NCBI RefSeq assembly: GCF_000179635.2
Contig: NC_014833.1
Coordinates: forward strand, 1,740,001-1,772,000
Length of the DNA: 32,000 nucleotides
Reading direction: 5' to 3'
Source of the DNA: Ruminococcus albus 7 = DSM 20455
GTDB lineage: Bacteria > Bacillota > Clostridia > Oscillospirales > Ruminococcaceae
Each line of letters begins with the position of its first letter. Position 1 is the first letter of the stretch. The position numbers and the translations under genes are program-made. Shown one piece after another: positions 15,407 through 24,772 of the stretch. The notes below the pieces were generated by a model. That model searched no databases and was not told the origin of the DNA. It saw nothing but the letters and a program-made list of their open reading frames with translations.

Positions 15407-17224
15407 TTGACAGATGCAGTTAAAGAAATACGAAAACTCATAGCCTCTGCTGATGAGGATACTCTTATCGCACTGGCTAACAAAGGCACATACAAGCGTG
15501 CCTGCAAAGATGCCGAAGGCGCACCTTCCGATTTTACCGAGACCGATGAGGGCATTGTTTTAGACTTTGGCGGCGAGACCGTCACGATAAAAGCACCCCT
15601 TGATAAAAGCATCTGCACCTGCCCGTCACGGGCGATATGCAGACATATCGTCGGAGCTCTTGTGGTGATGAAAGGGGTTATCCCCGCCGATGAAGCACCC
15701 GCCCCCGAACCTGTTCAGGAAACTCCCGCGGCTGAAAACAAAGCGGAGGACACTCCCGCTGTACCCGCAGAGATACCCGCACCCGAGCCGGAAGAAACCG
15801 AACCGGAAACCATTTATCTCTCGGAAAAGGACAGGGCTAAAGTGCGTGCCTGTGCAGAATTGTGCAGAGGTCTTCTCGCTGAGATAATAGCAGAGGGACT
15901 TGTGCGCACCCCTGCGGATATGCCTGCAAGGATAGAAGCCGCCGCCGTGAAGTGCCACAGCGTAAAAGCCGCCGCAGCAGAAAAGATCATGCGTGAGATA
16001 GGCGGCAGGCTCTCGGACCATATCGAGCGCCGTGCAGCATTTGACCTTGATAAATTTACTGAAAGGCTGTTAAAATGCGATGAGCTTCTCCGCGAACTTG
16101 AAGAAAAAGATCTTACCGAAGACGACCTCGGTGAGTTCAAAAGAAAGTATACCACCCTTGACGGCGATCTTTCTCTTATCCCCGTAGGTGCCCGTGATGT
16201 TGATATCGGAGATTACGTGGGTGAGATATTCTACTTTCTCGATGAGAACAGAACATCGGGCAGAAACTTCCTGACCGTATCCGACCTCAGACCCGTGTTC
16301 TATGAAAGCGGAAAAAAACGCCGCAGAGCCCCCGCTGTATGCCCGTGGGATCTTGCTGTGCCGCTGAGATCTTTCATGAAGAATTCTCTCGTTCTCCACA
16401 ACGCGAAAATAAGCGATGATAAATTATCCACATCGTCCGAAACAAGGGTAGTGAGCCAGTCAAAGGTCAGCCTTAATTCTCCTGTGGTATACGACCTTAT
16501 AAAGGACGATTTCAGGGAGATAGCCATAGCCCTTGATACAGCGGGCGACCTTGAGACCGACAGGCTTTTCTTTGTAAGACCCACCGCCTGCCTTAGTCAG
16601 CGCTATGATAAGTACGACCAGCAGTTCATCATGGAGATAGAAGATGTCAACGGCTGTCATATAAACATAAAGGCGAAATTCCGCGCAGAGACCAAGGCTT
16701 TCATTGATACCCTTGAAAGGATAGGCAAGCGTATGCTGGCAGATAAGGACACCTGCTTCACTCTGCTTGCGGTGGCAAATATTGATGATGGCGAGCTGAC
16801 ACTTTTTCCCATTGAGATATACGATTTCATCGTACCCTTTGAATGCAGCGGCTATACTCTACCCGAAAAATATGAGGACGCAGCAGCCTATGCAGGCTAC
16901 GCCGAAACTTTGCTTGACCTGTTTTCAAAACTCAGGGAGACGATGAGTTCAGTCGTCCACTGCGGACTTCGCTCCGAGATACGCGATGATGAAAAGCTGG
17001 TAAAATATGCAGGAAACTGCGGCATGAAAGGTCTTGCTGAACTGGCAGAAAAAGTGATCGATACCGCATCATCATTCCGTCACAGCACGGGCGGTGATGC
17101 CCGTGAAATGCTGGAGAGCATGGAAAAGCTCTCGGCATACATCAGAACAGGTGAACAAAAACTTCAGACCATCAGCGCACTGTCGCAGATGCAGCCTGGT
17201 GATATTCGTGAATTATACCCATAA
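15407..17224 (+). CDS. SWIM zinc-finger protein (YehQ-like) with Pro/Glu/Ala-rich linker
   Basis: SWIM signature C70-T-C72-PSRAI-C78-R-H80. Low-complexity linker PADEAPAPEPVQETPAAENKAEDTPAVPAEIPAPEPEETEPE. TTG start lies 4 nt after the upstream stop, with RBS GGGGGTGA. Confidence 0.75.
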   Translation: MTDAVKEIRKLIASADEDTLIALANKGTYKRACKDAEGAPSDFTETDEGIVLDFGGETVTIKAPLDKSICTCPSRAICRHIVGALVVMKGVIPADEAPAPEPVQETPAAENKAEDTPAVPAEIPAPEPEETEPETIYLSEKDRAKVRACAELCRGLLAEIIAEGLVRTPADMPARIEAAAVKCHSVKAAAAEKIMREIGGRLSDHIERRAAFDLDKFTERLLKCDELLRELEEKDLTEDDLGEFKRKYTTLDGDLSLIPVGARDVDIGDYVGEIFYFLDENRTSGRNFLTVSDLRPVFYESGKKRRRAPAVCPWDLAVPLRSFMKNSLVLHNAKISDDKLSTSSETRVVSQSKVSLNSPVVYDLIKDDFREIAIALDTAGDLETDRLFFVRPTACLSQRYDKYDQQFIMEIEDVNGCHINIKAKFRAETKAFIDTLERIGKRMLADKDTCFTLLAVANIDDGELTLFPIEIYDFIVPFECSGYTLPEKYEDAAAYAGYAETLLDLFSKLRETMSSVVHCGLRSEIRDDEKLVKYAGNCGMKGLAELAEKVIDTASSFRHSTGGDAREMLESMEKLSAYIRTGEQKLQTISALSQMQPGDIRELYP

Positions 17225-17242
17225 ACGAAAGGAGTAATCAAA

Positions 17243-20200
17243 ATGATATACGGTGATGTTTCTGAAAGCATGGCAAAGCTCGGCAAACTGCTGACGGGCA
17301 TAGGAATGATATACACCAACGAGGATATATTCGTAAAATATATGGATATGGACTCGCCCCGTGATGACAGCCTGCTGAAAGAAGTAAAAATGACTTCCGC
17401 CTACGGCAAGTCGAAAAGCAATTTAATTGATTTTGAAAAGACAGTAAAAACCACCATTTTACGCCCGCGTGACCCCGAACTGATCAGCAGGTTCGTATGC
17501 TTTCTGTGGGCAGCCTTCGGCGCAAGCTGCACTTCGGACATGATGGTGATAGTCAACGACTACGAATGTGAAAAATTCTACGATGTCCTTTATGAAAATC
17601 TTACTCCGTGGCTGGGCGAAAAAACGGCAAAGCTGTATGCTGAGGCTGGTTCAGCTATGATCGGTGTCGTTACAACGAGCGATCAGGAATTTATATATGA
17701 CAAATACTCCGCAGGCGAACTGGCAGCTTTGGCAGATATTATCCTTGAAACCAATAGCTGGGCTGCAAGTATACTGTACTCAATGGCACTTGATAAAGCA
17801 GATGAGAAAAAGGATGCTGTCATCATAAATAAGATAGTCGATCACGCGGTATCACTTAATATACCAAAGCCAAGCCGCTATTACGATAACTGGGACTACA
17901 CCTTGCTGCTGGCTGAGTGTTTGAGATACACAGACAAAGTCAAGGATAAATTCACGGAAAGATGTAAGACCGATATGTCAAAGACACCTGAAATCGTCCT
18001 GCGCAATAAGTGTTACAAAGCTCTTGATTCCTTCGATAAAGAAAGTACAGCACGCAAGAACGGCTATGTAAAATTTCTGGTAGATCAATACTGTGAAGAT
18101 GAAGCGCTTCTGCCTCACCTTGAGTATATGGCTAAGGAACACACCGAAGTGTACACCTATTATATGACAAAAGAGACCGATGTAAGCGCAATAAAGTATA
18201 TGGGTGATATACTCAAAAAGCTGGGTCTGCCCTGTCCCGATATTGACGCCGCTATCCTTGAAAAGGCGCTCAACATCGTAAGCAATACCCACCTAGATGA
18301 TGCAACCGATATCATCGAATATGTCAAGGGCAGCAAGCCCATAGAGGAAGTTCTTGATAAAATGGTGGATGCACCGATGAACAGTAGAATGAGTGTTAAT
18401 TTTGATTATTATCACGAGATAGGTGCGGATAAATTCTTCTGCCGTTTCTTTGCGGCAGAGATGACAATAAACGGAGGATACAGCAAGACATGGCTGGTGA
18501 GAGATGCAACAGGTCTTGATTTCGGCAAACACCCAAAAGAGGGCGTTGAGTGCCTTGTTACAGCAGGTCTGCCAATGAATGTTATACTCAGCTGTACCGC
18601 CGATTACATCGATAATCTCTACGACAGCAAAAATGATACCATCCTAAAAACAGCCGATGCGGCCGGAAAGTACAAAGACCTTCTGCTGAAAGCCGAGCTT
18701 TCAAAGCTTTCCGCTACTGCAAGACAGATAGGCGTTATGGCATACGGCACTGACCCCGATACATTCAAGGAAAAGATATTTGCTTCTACCGACGACAGCA
18801 GTAAGGCAGTTAAAACAGCTCTAGCCAAGATACTCGGCAGCAAGCCCGAATGGAAAGATGATATCATCGCTCTTCTTTCAAAGAAAAAAGCTTCTTCCCG
18901 TGAGATAGCACTTGCAGCCATTGAAAGACAGGGAAGTGCCGAGTATAAGGAAGTTCTGGAAGCGGCTTTTGAAAGCGAAAAATCCGCTAAGATAAAGGAT
19001 AAGATAGCTGTACTGATAGGTGCGGCAGTATCTTCCGACGGTGCATCAGCGGCAGCACCCCTTTCAGCTGTCGATATGGTGGAAGAACTTACCAAGGGCG
19101 GAAAGGCTAAGAAAGTCGCATGGGCATTTGAGGGCAGTAACTACACCGTCCACAATACAGAGGGCGTTGAAGTTGAACAGAAGTACCTTGAAGCATTGAT
19201 ACTGTGCTACGCGAATATGAGCGAACTTGGTGTAAGCACAGCTGCCAAAAACCTAGCGGAGAACCTGAACACCCGTGAACTCAACACCTTTGTGCAGAAT
19301 GTTTTCGGCAAATGGGTTGACCTGGGCGCACAGGCTAAGACCAAGTATGTGCTGTATTTTGCTGCTATCCACGGCGGTGAGGCTATGGTGGATATCCTTA
19401 TGCAGTACATCAAGCAGTGTGGTGAAAATTCAAGAGGTGCGATAGCCTCTGAAGCTGTACGCGCAATGGCACTCAGCGGAAGCACCACCGCACTCATGAA
19501 TGTTGACGGTATGTCACGCAAGTTCAAAAACAAGATGGTGCGTTCTGCAGCCGCTGATGCACTCAGCAACGCCGCAAAGGAACTGGGTCTTACCACCGAG
19601 GAACTTGCGGACAAGATAGTGCCCGACCTCGGCTTTGATGAGAATATGTGCCGCGAGTTCGATTTCGGTCCCCGTCAGTTCAAGGTGTACCTCGGAACAG
19701 GTAATACCCTTGAGATATTCTGCGGAGATAAGCAGGTGAAGAATCTGCCCAAGCCCGGTGCTAATGATGATGCCGAGAAAGCTGCCGCCGCATCAGCAGA
19801 CTTCAAGGAGATGAAGAAGCAGCTGAAAACAGTTGCTACAAACCAGAAATCCCGCCTTGAAAGCGTACTTATGAACGACAGAAAGTGGACGGTCGAAGGT
19901 TGGAAGGCTTTGTTTGTTAAGAACGCGGTTATGCACGGATTCGCAACAGGTCTTATATGGGGACTTTACGATGCCGATGGCAAGCTGACGCAGTCTTTCC
20001 GTTACACAGAGGAGGGAAGCTTCAACACAGTTGATGACGATGAAACAGAACTTCCTGCAGAGGGTTCCATAGGTCTTGTTCACCCTCTTGAACTCACCAA
20101 AGAAGATATAGACGCATGGAAAGAACAGCTCTCCGATTATGAGATAGAGCAGCCTTTCCCTCAGCTGGACAGAAAGGTATACACCATGACCGACGAGGAA

Positions 20201-20590
20201 AGAGAGTCCACCGAAATACTACGCTTTGAGAATATCGAACTCAACAGTCTGTCCCTCATAGGCAAGCTGACAAAGACAGGCTGGTATAAGGGCTACGCAG
20301 AGGATGCAGGATTCTTCAACTACTTCTGGCGAGAGGATATCAGCAGCCGCGAGAACCTCCCAGACGGTACGACAGTTAGCAAGGGCGTTCATGCCGAACT
20401 GGAATTCTCTGGAGCAAGTATCGTAAATTACGATTTCGAGGGTGAAGATGTCACCGTCGGAAAGCTTGAACTCCACCGTCCCGGTGCTGACCACTACCGT
20501 TCAACTCCAATCAGGGTCGGTGAGGTAGGCGACAGATACTTCAGCGAGCTTATAATGCAGCTTACAGCCGTTCTCGGTGAAAAGGAATAA
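17243..20590 (+). CDS. 1115-aa DUF4132-like protein (YehI/MolR-like), helical-repeat N-terminal region
   Basis: The C-terminal block WKALFVKNAVMHGFATGLIWGLYD...IGLVHPLELTKEDIDAWKEQLSDYEIEQPFPQLDRKVY resembles the DUF4132 signature (HP..L...W....Y.I.QPF.QL.R). RBS AAAGGAG. Confidence 0.7.
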   Translation: MIYGDVSESMAKLGKLLTGIGMIYTNEDIFVKYMDMDSPRDDSLLKEVKMTSAYGKSKSNLIDFEKTVKTTILRPRDPELISRFVCFLWAAFGASCTSDMMVIVNDYECEKFYDVLYENLTPWLGEKTAKLYAEAGSAMIGVVTTSDQEFIYDKYSAGELAALADIILETNSWAASILYSMALDKADEKKDAVIINKIVDHAVSLNIPKPSRYYDNWDYTLLLAECLRYTDKVKDKFTERCKTDMSKTPEIVLRNKCYKALDSFDKESTARKNGYVKFLVDQYCEDEALLPHLEYMAKEHTEVYTYYMTKETDVSAIKYMGDILKKLGLPCPDIDAAILEKALNIVSNTHLDDATDIIEYVKGSKPIEEVLDKMVDAPMNSRMSVNFDYYHEIGADKFFCRFFAAEMTINGGYSKTWLVRDATGLDFGKHPKEGVECLVTAGLPMNVILSCTADYIDNLYDSKNDTILKTADAAGKYKDLLLKAELSKLSATARQIGVMAYGTDPDTFKEKIFASTDDSSKAVKTALAKILGSKPEWKDDIIALLSKKKASSREIALAAIERQGSAEYKEVLEAAFESEKSAKIKDKIAVLIGAAVSSDGASAAAPLSAVDMVEELTKGGKAKKVAWAFEGSNYTVHNTEGVEVEQKYLEALILCYANMSELGVSTAAKNLAENLNTRELNTFVQNVFGKWVDLGAQAKTKYVLYFAAIHGGEAMVDILMQYIKQCGENSRGAIASEAVRAMALSGSTTALMNVDGMSRKFKNKMVRSAAADALSNAAKELGLTTEELADKIVPDLGFDENMCREFDFGPRQFKVYLGTGNTLEIFCGDKQVKNLPKPGANDDAEKAAAASADFKEMKKQLKTVATNQKSRLESVLMNDRKWTVEGWKALFVKNAVMHGFATGLIWGLYDADGKLTQSFRYTEEGSFNTVDDDETELPAEGSIGLVHPLELTKEDIDAWKEQLSDYEIEQPFPQLDRKVYTMTDEERESTEILRFENIELNSLSLIGKLTKTGWYKGYAEDAGFFNYFWREDISSRENLPDGTTVSKGVHAELEFSGASIVNYDFEGEDVTVGKLELHRPGADHYRSTPIRVGEVGDRYFSELIMQLTAVLGEKE

Positions 20591-20595
20591 TACTC

Positions 20596-20630
20596 AGTCC
20601 GACAACTTATGTATGTTGTCGGACTATTTG
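20596..20630 (+). terminator. Terminator of the five-gene operon
   Basis: AGTCCGACAAC (20596-20606) pairs with GTTGTCGGACT (20615-20625), a perfect 11 bp stem, followed by ATTTG (weak T tail). Confidence 0.6.
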
Positions 20631-20673
20631 CATATAATTTACTAAACGTTCATAAATGAAAACGTTTGCGATG

Positions 20674-20702
20674 TTGACAAATCAACTTGTTTGTGGTATA
20701 CT
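20674..20702 (+). promoter_or_regulatory. Sigma-A promoter of the marR-ABC operon
   Basis: TTGACA (20674-20679), 17 nt spacer, TGG-TATACT (20694-20702). Confidence 0.6.
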
Positions 20703-20714
20703 TCATCTCGTTAG

Positions 20715-20728
20715 GTTGATTAATCAAC
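20715..20728. promoter_or_regulatory. Perfect 14-bp palindrome, candidate MarR operator
   Basis: GTTGATTAATCAAC lies just downstream of the -10. The half-site ATCAAC also occurs in the promoter spacer (20682-20687). Confidence 0.45.
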
Positions 20729-20762
20729 TTATTTATATCTTTTAACAGAAAGGGGCGATAGA

Positions 20763-21239
20763 TTGGAAAGATCGCTATTGGAACAACTGGCAGCACTGAT
20801 GATACAGAAATCTCATTCGTTTGCAAGGATATATAGCTGTATCCCTGCATCAAAGGAACTCAATATCTCATCGGCAGTATGTCTTGGTATCATAAACGGT
20901 ATCGAAGGCGGATGCTCGGCAACTGAACTGAAAGAGATGTCCTGCTACGATAAGGCTTTGATTTCCAGAATGCTGACGGATATGCAGAATGACGGATATA
21001 TAATCCGTAATCCCGAAGATAAGGATAAGCAGAGAGGAATGCGGTATATCCCCAGTGAAAAAGGCAGGATCCTCGGTGATATGCTTTCAGCCGAATTCCT
21101 GAAAATATCTTCTGAGGTATCTGCGAATATTCCGAAGGAGGATCTCGTAAAATTCTATGAAGTCAGCTGTAAACTGATAAGCAATCTCGGTGAATACGCC
21201 AGAAATCTTGAAAGTGTTAGATTAGAGAAGGGAAAGTAA
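20763..21239 (+). CDS. MarR-family transcriptional regulator
   Basis: wHTH pattern ATELKEMSCYDKALISRMLTDMQNDGYIIRNPEDKDKQRGMRYIPSEKG. TTG start follows AAAGGGG. Confidence 0.8.
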   Translation: MERSLLEQLAALMIQKSHSFARIYSCIPASKELNISSAVCLGIINGIEGGCSATELKEMSCYDKALISRMLTDMQNDGYIIRNPEDKDKQRGMRYIPSEKGRILGDMLSAEFLKISSEVSANIPKEDLVKFYEVSCKLISNLGEYARNLESVRLEKGK

Positions 21240-21242
21240 TTT

Positions 21243-24200
21243 ATGTTAAGTTTGAATAACATAACCAAGGACTACGTCGTAGGCGATACTACCGTGCAGG
21301 CGCTGCGTGGTGTAAGTATCGATTTCCGTGAGAGCGAGTTCGTTTCGATACTCGGACAGTCGGGCTGCGGAAAAACAACTCTGCTGAACATTATCGGCGG
21401 ACTTGACAGGTATACCAGTGGTGACCTTAACATCAACGGAAAGTCCACAAAGGATTTTAAGGATGCTGACTGGGACAGCTACCGCAATCATTCAATAGGC
21501 TTTGTATTTCAGAGCTACAACCTTATACCACACCAGACGGTGCTTGCCAATGTTGAGCTTGCACTCACTCTTTCAGGTGTACCTAAGTCAGAAAGAAGAA
21601 AGCGTGCTGTTGAAGCACTCCAGCAGGTGGGTCTGGGCGATCAGCTGAACAAAAAGCCAAACCAGATGTCAGGCGGACAGATGCAGCGTGTGGCTATTGC
21701 ACGAGCACTGGTAAATGATCCTGATATACTCCTGGCAGATGAGCCCACAGGTGCTCTTGATACGGAAACAAGCGTACAGATAATGGAGATACTTAAAAAG
21801 ATCTCCAAAAATAAGCTTATAATAATGGTCACCCATAACCCCGAGCTTGCCGAGCAATATTCATCACGTATAATAAAGCTGCTTGACGGTAAGGTAATAG
21901 ATGACTCCGATCCGTACAATGCTATGGCTGTAAAGGAAGAAAAGTCTGCGGCTGAGAAAAAGAAAGAGCGCAAGAAGCTGAAGACATCCATGAGTTTCCT
22001 GACAGCGCTGAGCCTCAGCCGGAACAACCTGCTCACCAAAAAGGCAAGAACTCTGCTGACCTCCTTTGCAGGCTCCATAGGTATTATAGGTATCGCACTT
22101 ATACTTTCGATATCCAACGGTGTACAGATATATATCGACCAGGTGCAGTCGGATACACTTTCGACCTACCCACTGACCATCGAGCAGACCACTGCAAGCA
22201 TAGGTGAGATAATGAACATGATGGCGGAGGACAAAGAGGCATCCCGCGATCATGATATGGATAAAGTCTACTCCCAGAACCAGATGGCGCGAATGATAAA
22301 TACCATGATGCAGGAGACCAAGGTCAACAATCTTGAAAAGTTCAAGACATTCCTTGATAATAATGATGAGATCAAGAAGCTTACCAGCGATATAAAGTAC
22401 GGTTACGCTACTACCCTCAACGTGTTCAAGGCTGATACATCCGATGGCGCATATCAGGTAAACCCATCTCAGGTGCTTATGGATATGGGTTATCTCAGCG
22501 AAACACAGATGATGGGTATGTCTATGGGCAGCTCAATGGGCGGCATGGATGTTTGGACAGAAATGATCGACAACGATGAACTGCTCAAGTCCCAATATGA
22601 TATCATCGCAGGACGTATGCCTGAGAAGTACAGCGAAGCTGTGCTGATAGTTGATAAGCACAACGAGATAAATGACTATATCCTTTACTCGCTTGGTCTG
22701 CTGGACTCAACTGAACTGAACGGTATCGTCAGAAGAGCCATAACCGGCGAGGAAGTAAAGCTGAGCAACGAACAGCACAGCTATACCTATGATGAACTTC
22801 TGAAATTGAAATTCAAGGTAGTTCCCACTACTGATTTCTACCGCAAGAAAGACGGTGTGTGGGAGGATATGAAGAACGACTACGATTATATGACAGATGT
22901 AGTCAATAATGGTCTTGAGGTAAACATTGTCGGAATTATAAGACCTAACGAGGATGCAGCAGCTACCTCCCTCAACGGCGGTATCGCCTATAAGCATGAG
23001 CTTATGGAGTATCTTGTCAATGAAGTCAAGAACAGTGATATCATCAAGGAGCAGCAGGCAAATCCAGATATCGACGTTTTTACAGGTCTGAAATTCAAGA
23101 CAGATGATACTGAGCCTGATGAGGATAAAAACAGCGATCAGGAGCCTACCCCTGCTGAAACTGTTGAAAAGACTCAGGATAACGACAGCGGAGCACCTCA
23201 GCTGACAGAAGAGCAGAAGGCTGCACTTATGGCAGGTCAGAAGCCCGAAGGCATGACCGACGAAGAATTCGCAGCGCTGATGTCACAGATGTCTTCCGAG
23301 GTACCCGCAGCTTCTGAACAGCAGCCCAAGCTTACCGACGAACAGCTCGCCGCACTTATGGCAGGACAGATCCCCGAGGGTATGACCGAGGAGGAGGTAG
23401 CCGCATATATGGCACAGGGCGGTGATCAGCAGCAGGTACAAGACCTAACAAATATGGGCATGGATGCTATGTCAGGTCTTGATATGGGTGCTCTTATGAA
23501 CGGCGGAGGAGATCTTATGAAAGGTCTTACTGACGCACAGAAGGAATTTCTTGCAAGCCTTTCCGAAGAACAGCTTGCTATGATGCAGGGAATGATATCA
23601 GAAACTACTCAGCAGAACCTTGATCAGCTGGCTAACAGCGGCAAGTACTCTAATACTACCTATGATGCGAATCTGGTGGTACTCGGCTATGCAACACTGG
23701 AAAATCCCAGCAGTATAAACATCTATCCAAAGGATTTTGCTTCTAAAGAGCGCATAATCGATCTTATAGATGATTACAACGATCAGGCTGAGGACGCTGA
23801 CAAGATAGAGTATACCGATATAGTTGGTGTTATGATGTCCTCGGTTACCTCAATAATCAATGCTATAAGCTATGTGCTGATAGCGTTTGTTGCGATATCA
23901 CTTATAGTATCATCTATAATGATAGGCATCATCACCTATATCTCCGTACTTGAAAGAACGAAGGAGATCGGTATACTGCGTTCGATCGGTGCTTCCAAGC
24001 GCGATATCTCCCGTGTATTCAATGCTGAAACAGTCATTGTCGGATTTATCGCAGGTGCGCTGGGTGTAGGTATCTCTTATCTGCTCACCATACCGATAAA
24101 TATGATAATCGCACACCTTACAACTGTTCCTATGAGAGCTTCAATACCTTATGCAGCAGCCATTATACTTGTTGTTATAAGCGTACTGCTCACATTGATA

Positions 24201-24266
24201 GCAGGTCTGTTCCCGTCACGTATCGCGGCGAAGAAAGATCCTGTCATCGCACTCAGAACAGAGTAA
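21243..24266 (+). CDS. Fused ABC transporter ATPase + FtsX/MacB-type permease with very large extracytoplasmic domain
   Basis: Walker [10 protein letters not shown], signature [15 protein letters not shown], Walker [15 protein letters not shown]1 is near residue 270. About 570 aa of extracytoplasmic region follow. C-terminal FtsX helices ([19 protein letters not shown]...). Confidence 0.9.
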   Translation: MLSLNNITKDYVVGDTTVQALRGVSIDFRESEFVSILGQSGCGKTTLLNIIGGLDRYTSGDLNINGKSTKDFKDADWDSYRNHSIGFVFQSYNLIPHQTVLANVELALTLSGVPKSERRKRAVEALQQVGLGDQLNKKPNQMSGGQMQRVAIARALVNDPDILLADEPTGALDTETSVQIMEILKKISKNKLIIMVTHNPELAEQYSSRIIKLLDGKVIDDSDPYNAMAVKEEKSAAEKKKERKKLKTSMSFLTALSLSRNNLLTKKARTLLTSFAGSIGIIGIALILSISNGVQIYIDQVQSDTLSTYPLTIEQTTASIGEIMNMMAEDKEASRDHDMDKVYSQNQMARMINTMMQETKVNNLEKFKTFLDNNDEIKKLTSDIKYGYATTLNVFKADTSDGAYQVNPSQVLMDMGYLSETQMMGMSMGSSMGGMDVWTEMIDNDELLKSQYDIIAGRMPEKYSEAVLIVDKHNEINDYILYSLGLLDSTELNGIVRRAITGEEVKLSNEQHSYTYDELLKLKFKVVPTTDFYRKKDGVWEDMKNDYDYMTDVVNNGLEVNIVGIIRPNEDAAATSLNGGIAYKHELMEYLVNEVKNSDIIKEQQANPDIDVFTGLKFKTDDTEPDEDKNSDQEPTPAETVEKTQDNDSGAPQLTEEQKAALMAGQKPEGMTDEEFAALMSQMSSEVPAASEQQPKLTDEQLAALMAGQIPEGMTEEEVAAYMAQGGDQQQVQDLTNMGMDAMSGLDMGALMNGGGDLMKGLTDAQKEFLASLSEEQLAMMQGMISETTQQNLDQLANSGKYSNTTYDANLVVLGYATLENPSSINIYPKDFASKERIIDLIDDYNDQAEDADKIEYTDIVGVMMSSVTSIINAISYVLIAFVAISLIVSSIMIGIITYISVLERTKEIGILRSIGASKRDISRVFNAETVIVGFIAGALGVGISYLLTIPINMIIAHLTTVPMRASIPYAAAIILVVISVLLTLIAGLFPSRIAAKKDPVIALRTE

Positions 24267-24350
24267 GCCTTCAGAATAAAACTATCATATAAAAGTAAAG
24301 GTTGCGTGACCGTAAAAACGGCTGCGCAGCTTTTCTTATCCTGCTTGTAA

Positions 24351-24397
24351 AAAACCATCGCCTGAGCATATTTATCTGCAGCTCAGGCGATGGTTTT
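24351..24397. terminator. Bidirectional terminator (17-bp perfect stem)
   Basis: AAAACCATCGCCTGAGC (24351-24367) pairs with GCTCAGGCGATGGTTTT (24381-24397). Confidence 0.75.
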
Positions 24398-24445
24398 CAC
24401 AATTTTCAAGTAGGTATAAACATAACTTTTTTAGCACCTGCCAAC

Positions 24446-24484
24446 AAAACAGCGGGATAGCATTATGAAGCTGCCCGCTGTTTT
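24446..24484 (-). terminator. Terminator downstream of agrD
   Basis: AAAACAGCGGG (24446-24456) pairs with CCCGCTGTTTT (24474-24484), a perfect 11 bp stem. There is a T-run on the minus strand. Confidence 0.7.
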
Positions 24485-24536
24485 AAATGACAGATCTTGC
24501 TAATGGGGTTATGGGGAAATCAAAAATAGTATAATG

Positions 24537-24686
24537 TTATTTGCTGAATTTACTGATACCATCCGGCTCCTTTGGTTGATGATACCAGAATATGCAGGCT
24601 TTCTTGCTGTTTGATACGCCAAGTGATAAAGCTAGTGTTGCCAGTGCCGAACCGGAACTTACCATGATCTTTTTCCAAATTTTCAT
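24537..24686 (-). CDS. agrD: AgrD-type cyclic autoinducing-peptide precursor (49 aa, not in the supplied ORF track)
   Basis: My minus-strand translation is MKIWKKIMVSSGSALATLALSLGVSNSKKACIFWYHQPKEPDGISKFSK*. It has an amphipathic N-terminal leader, then Cys plus 4 residues, then a charged HQPKEP tail as in clostridial AgrD (compare ...SACLWFTHQPEEP... of C. perfringens, from memory). RBS GGAGTG lies 7 nt upstream. It is 86 nt downstream of agrB. Confidence 0.8.
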   Translation of the reverse strand: MKIWKKIMVSSGSALATLALSLGVSNSKKACIFWYHQPKEPDGISKFSK

Positions 24687-24772
24687 GTTCTTTCACTCCT
24701 TCTGAAATTATATATCTATCCTCATATCACGCGATCATGAGGATCACCGACGTATTTTATATCAACCTGATT

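Noticed and set aside
11067-19614. Multiple 90-205-aa ORFs inside the five-gene operon on the opposite strand or in other frames (for example 11067-11684, 14275-14781, 14394-14822, 15626-16021, 18619-19095, 19207-19614)
   Set aside because: All are nested in or antisense to long ORFs with clear domain motifs. Their translations are Ser/Ala/Arg-rich shadow products.
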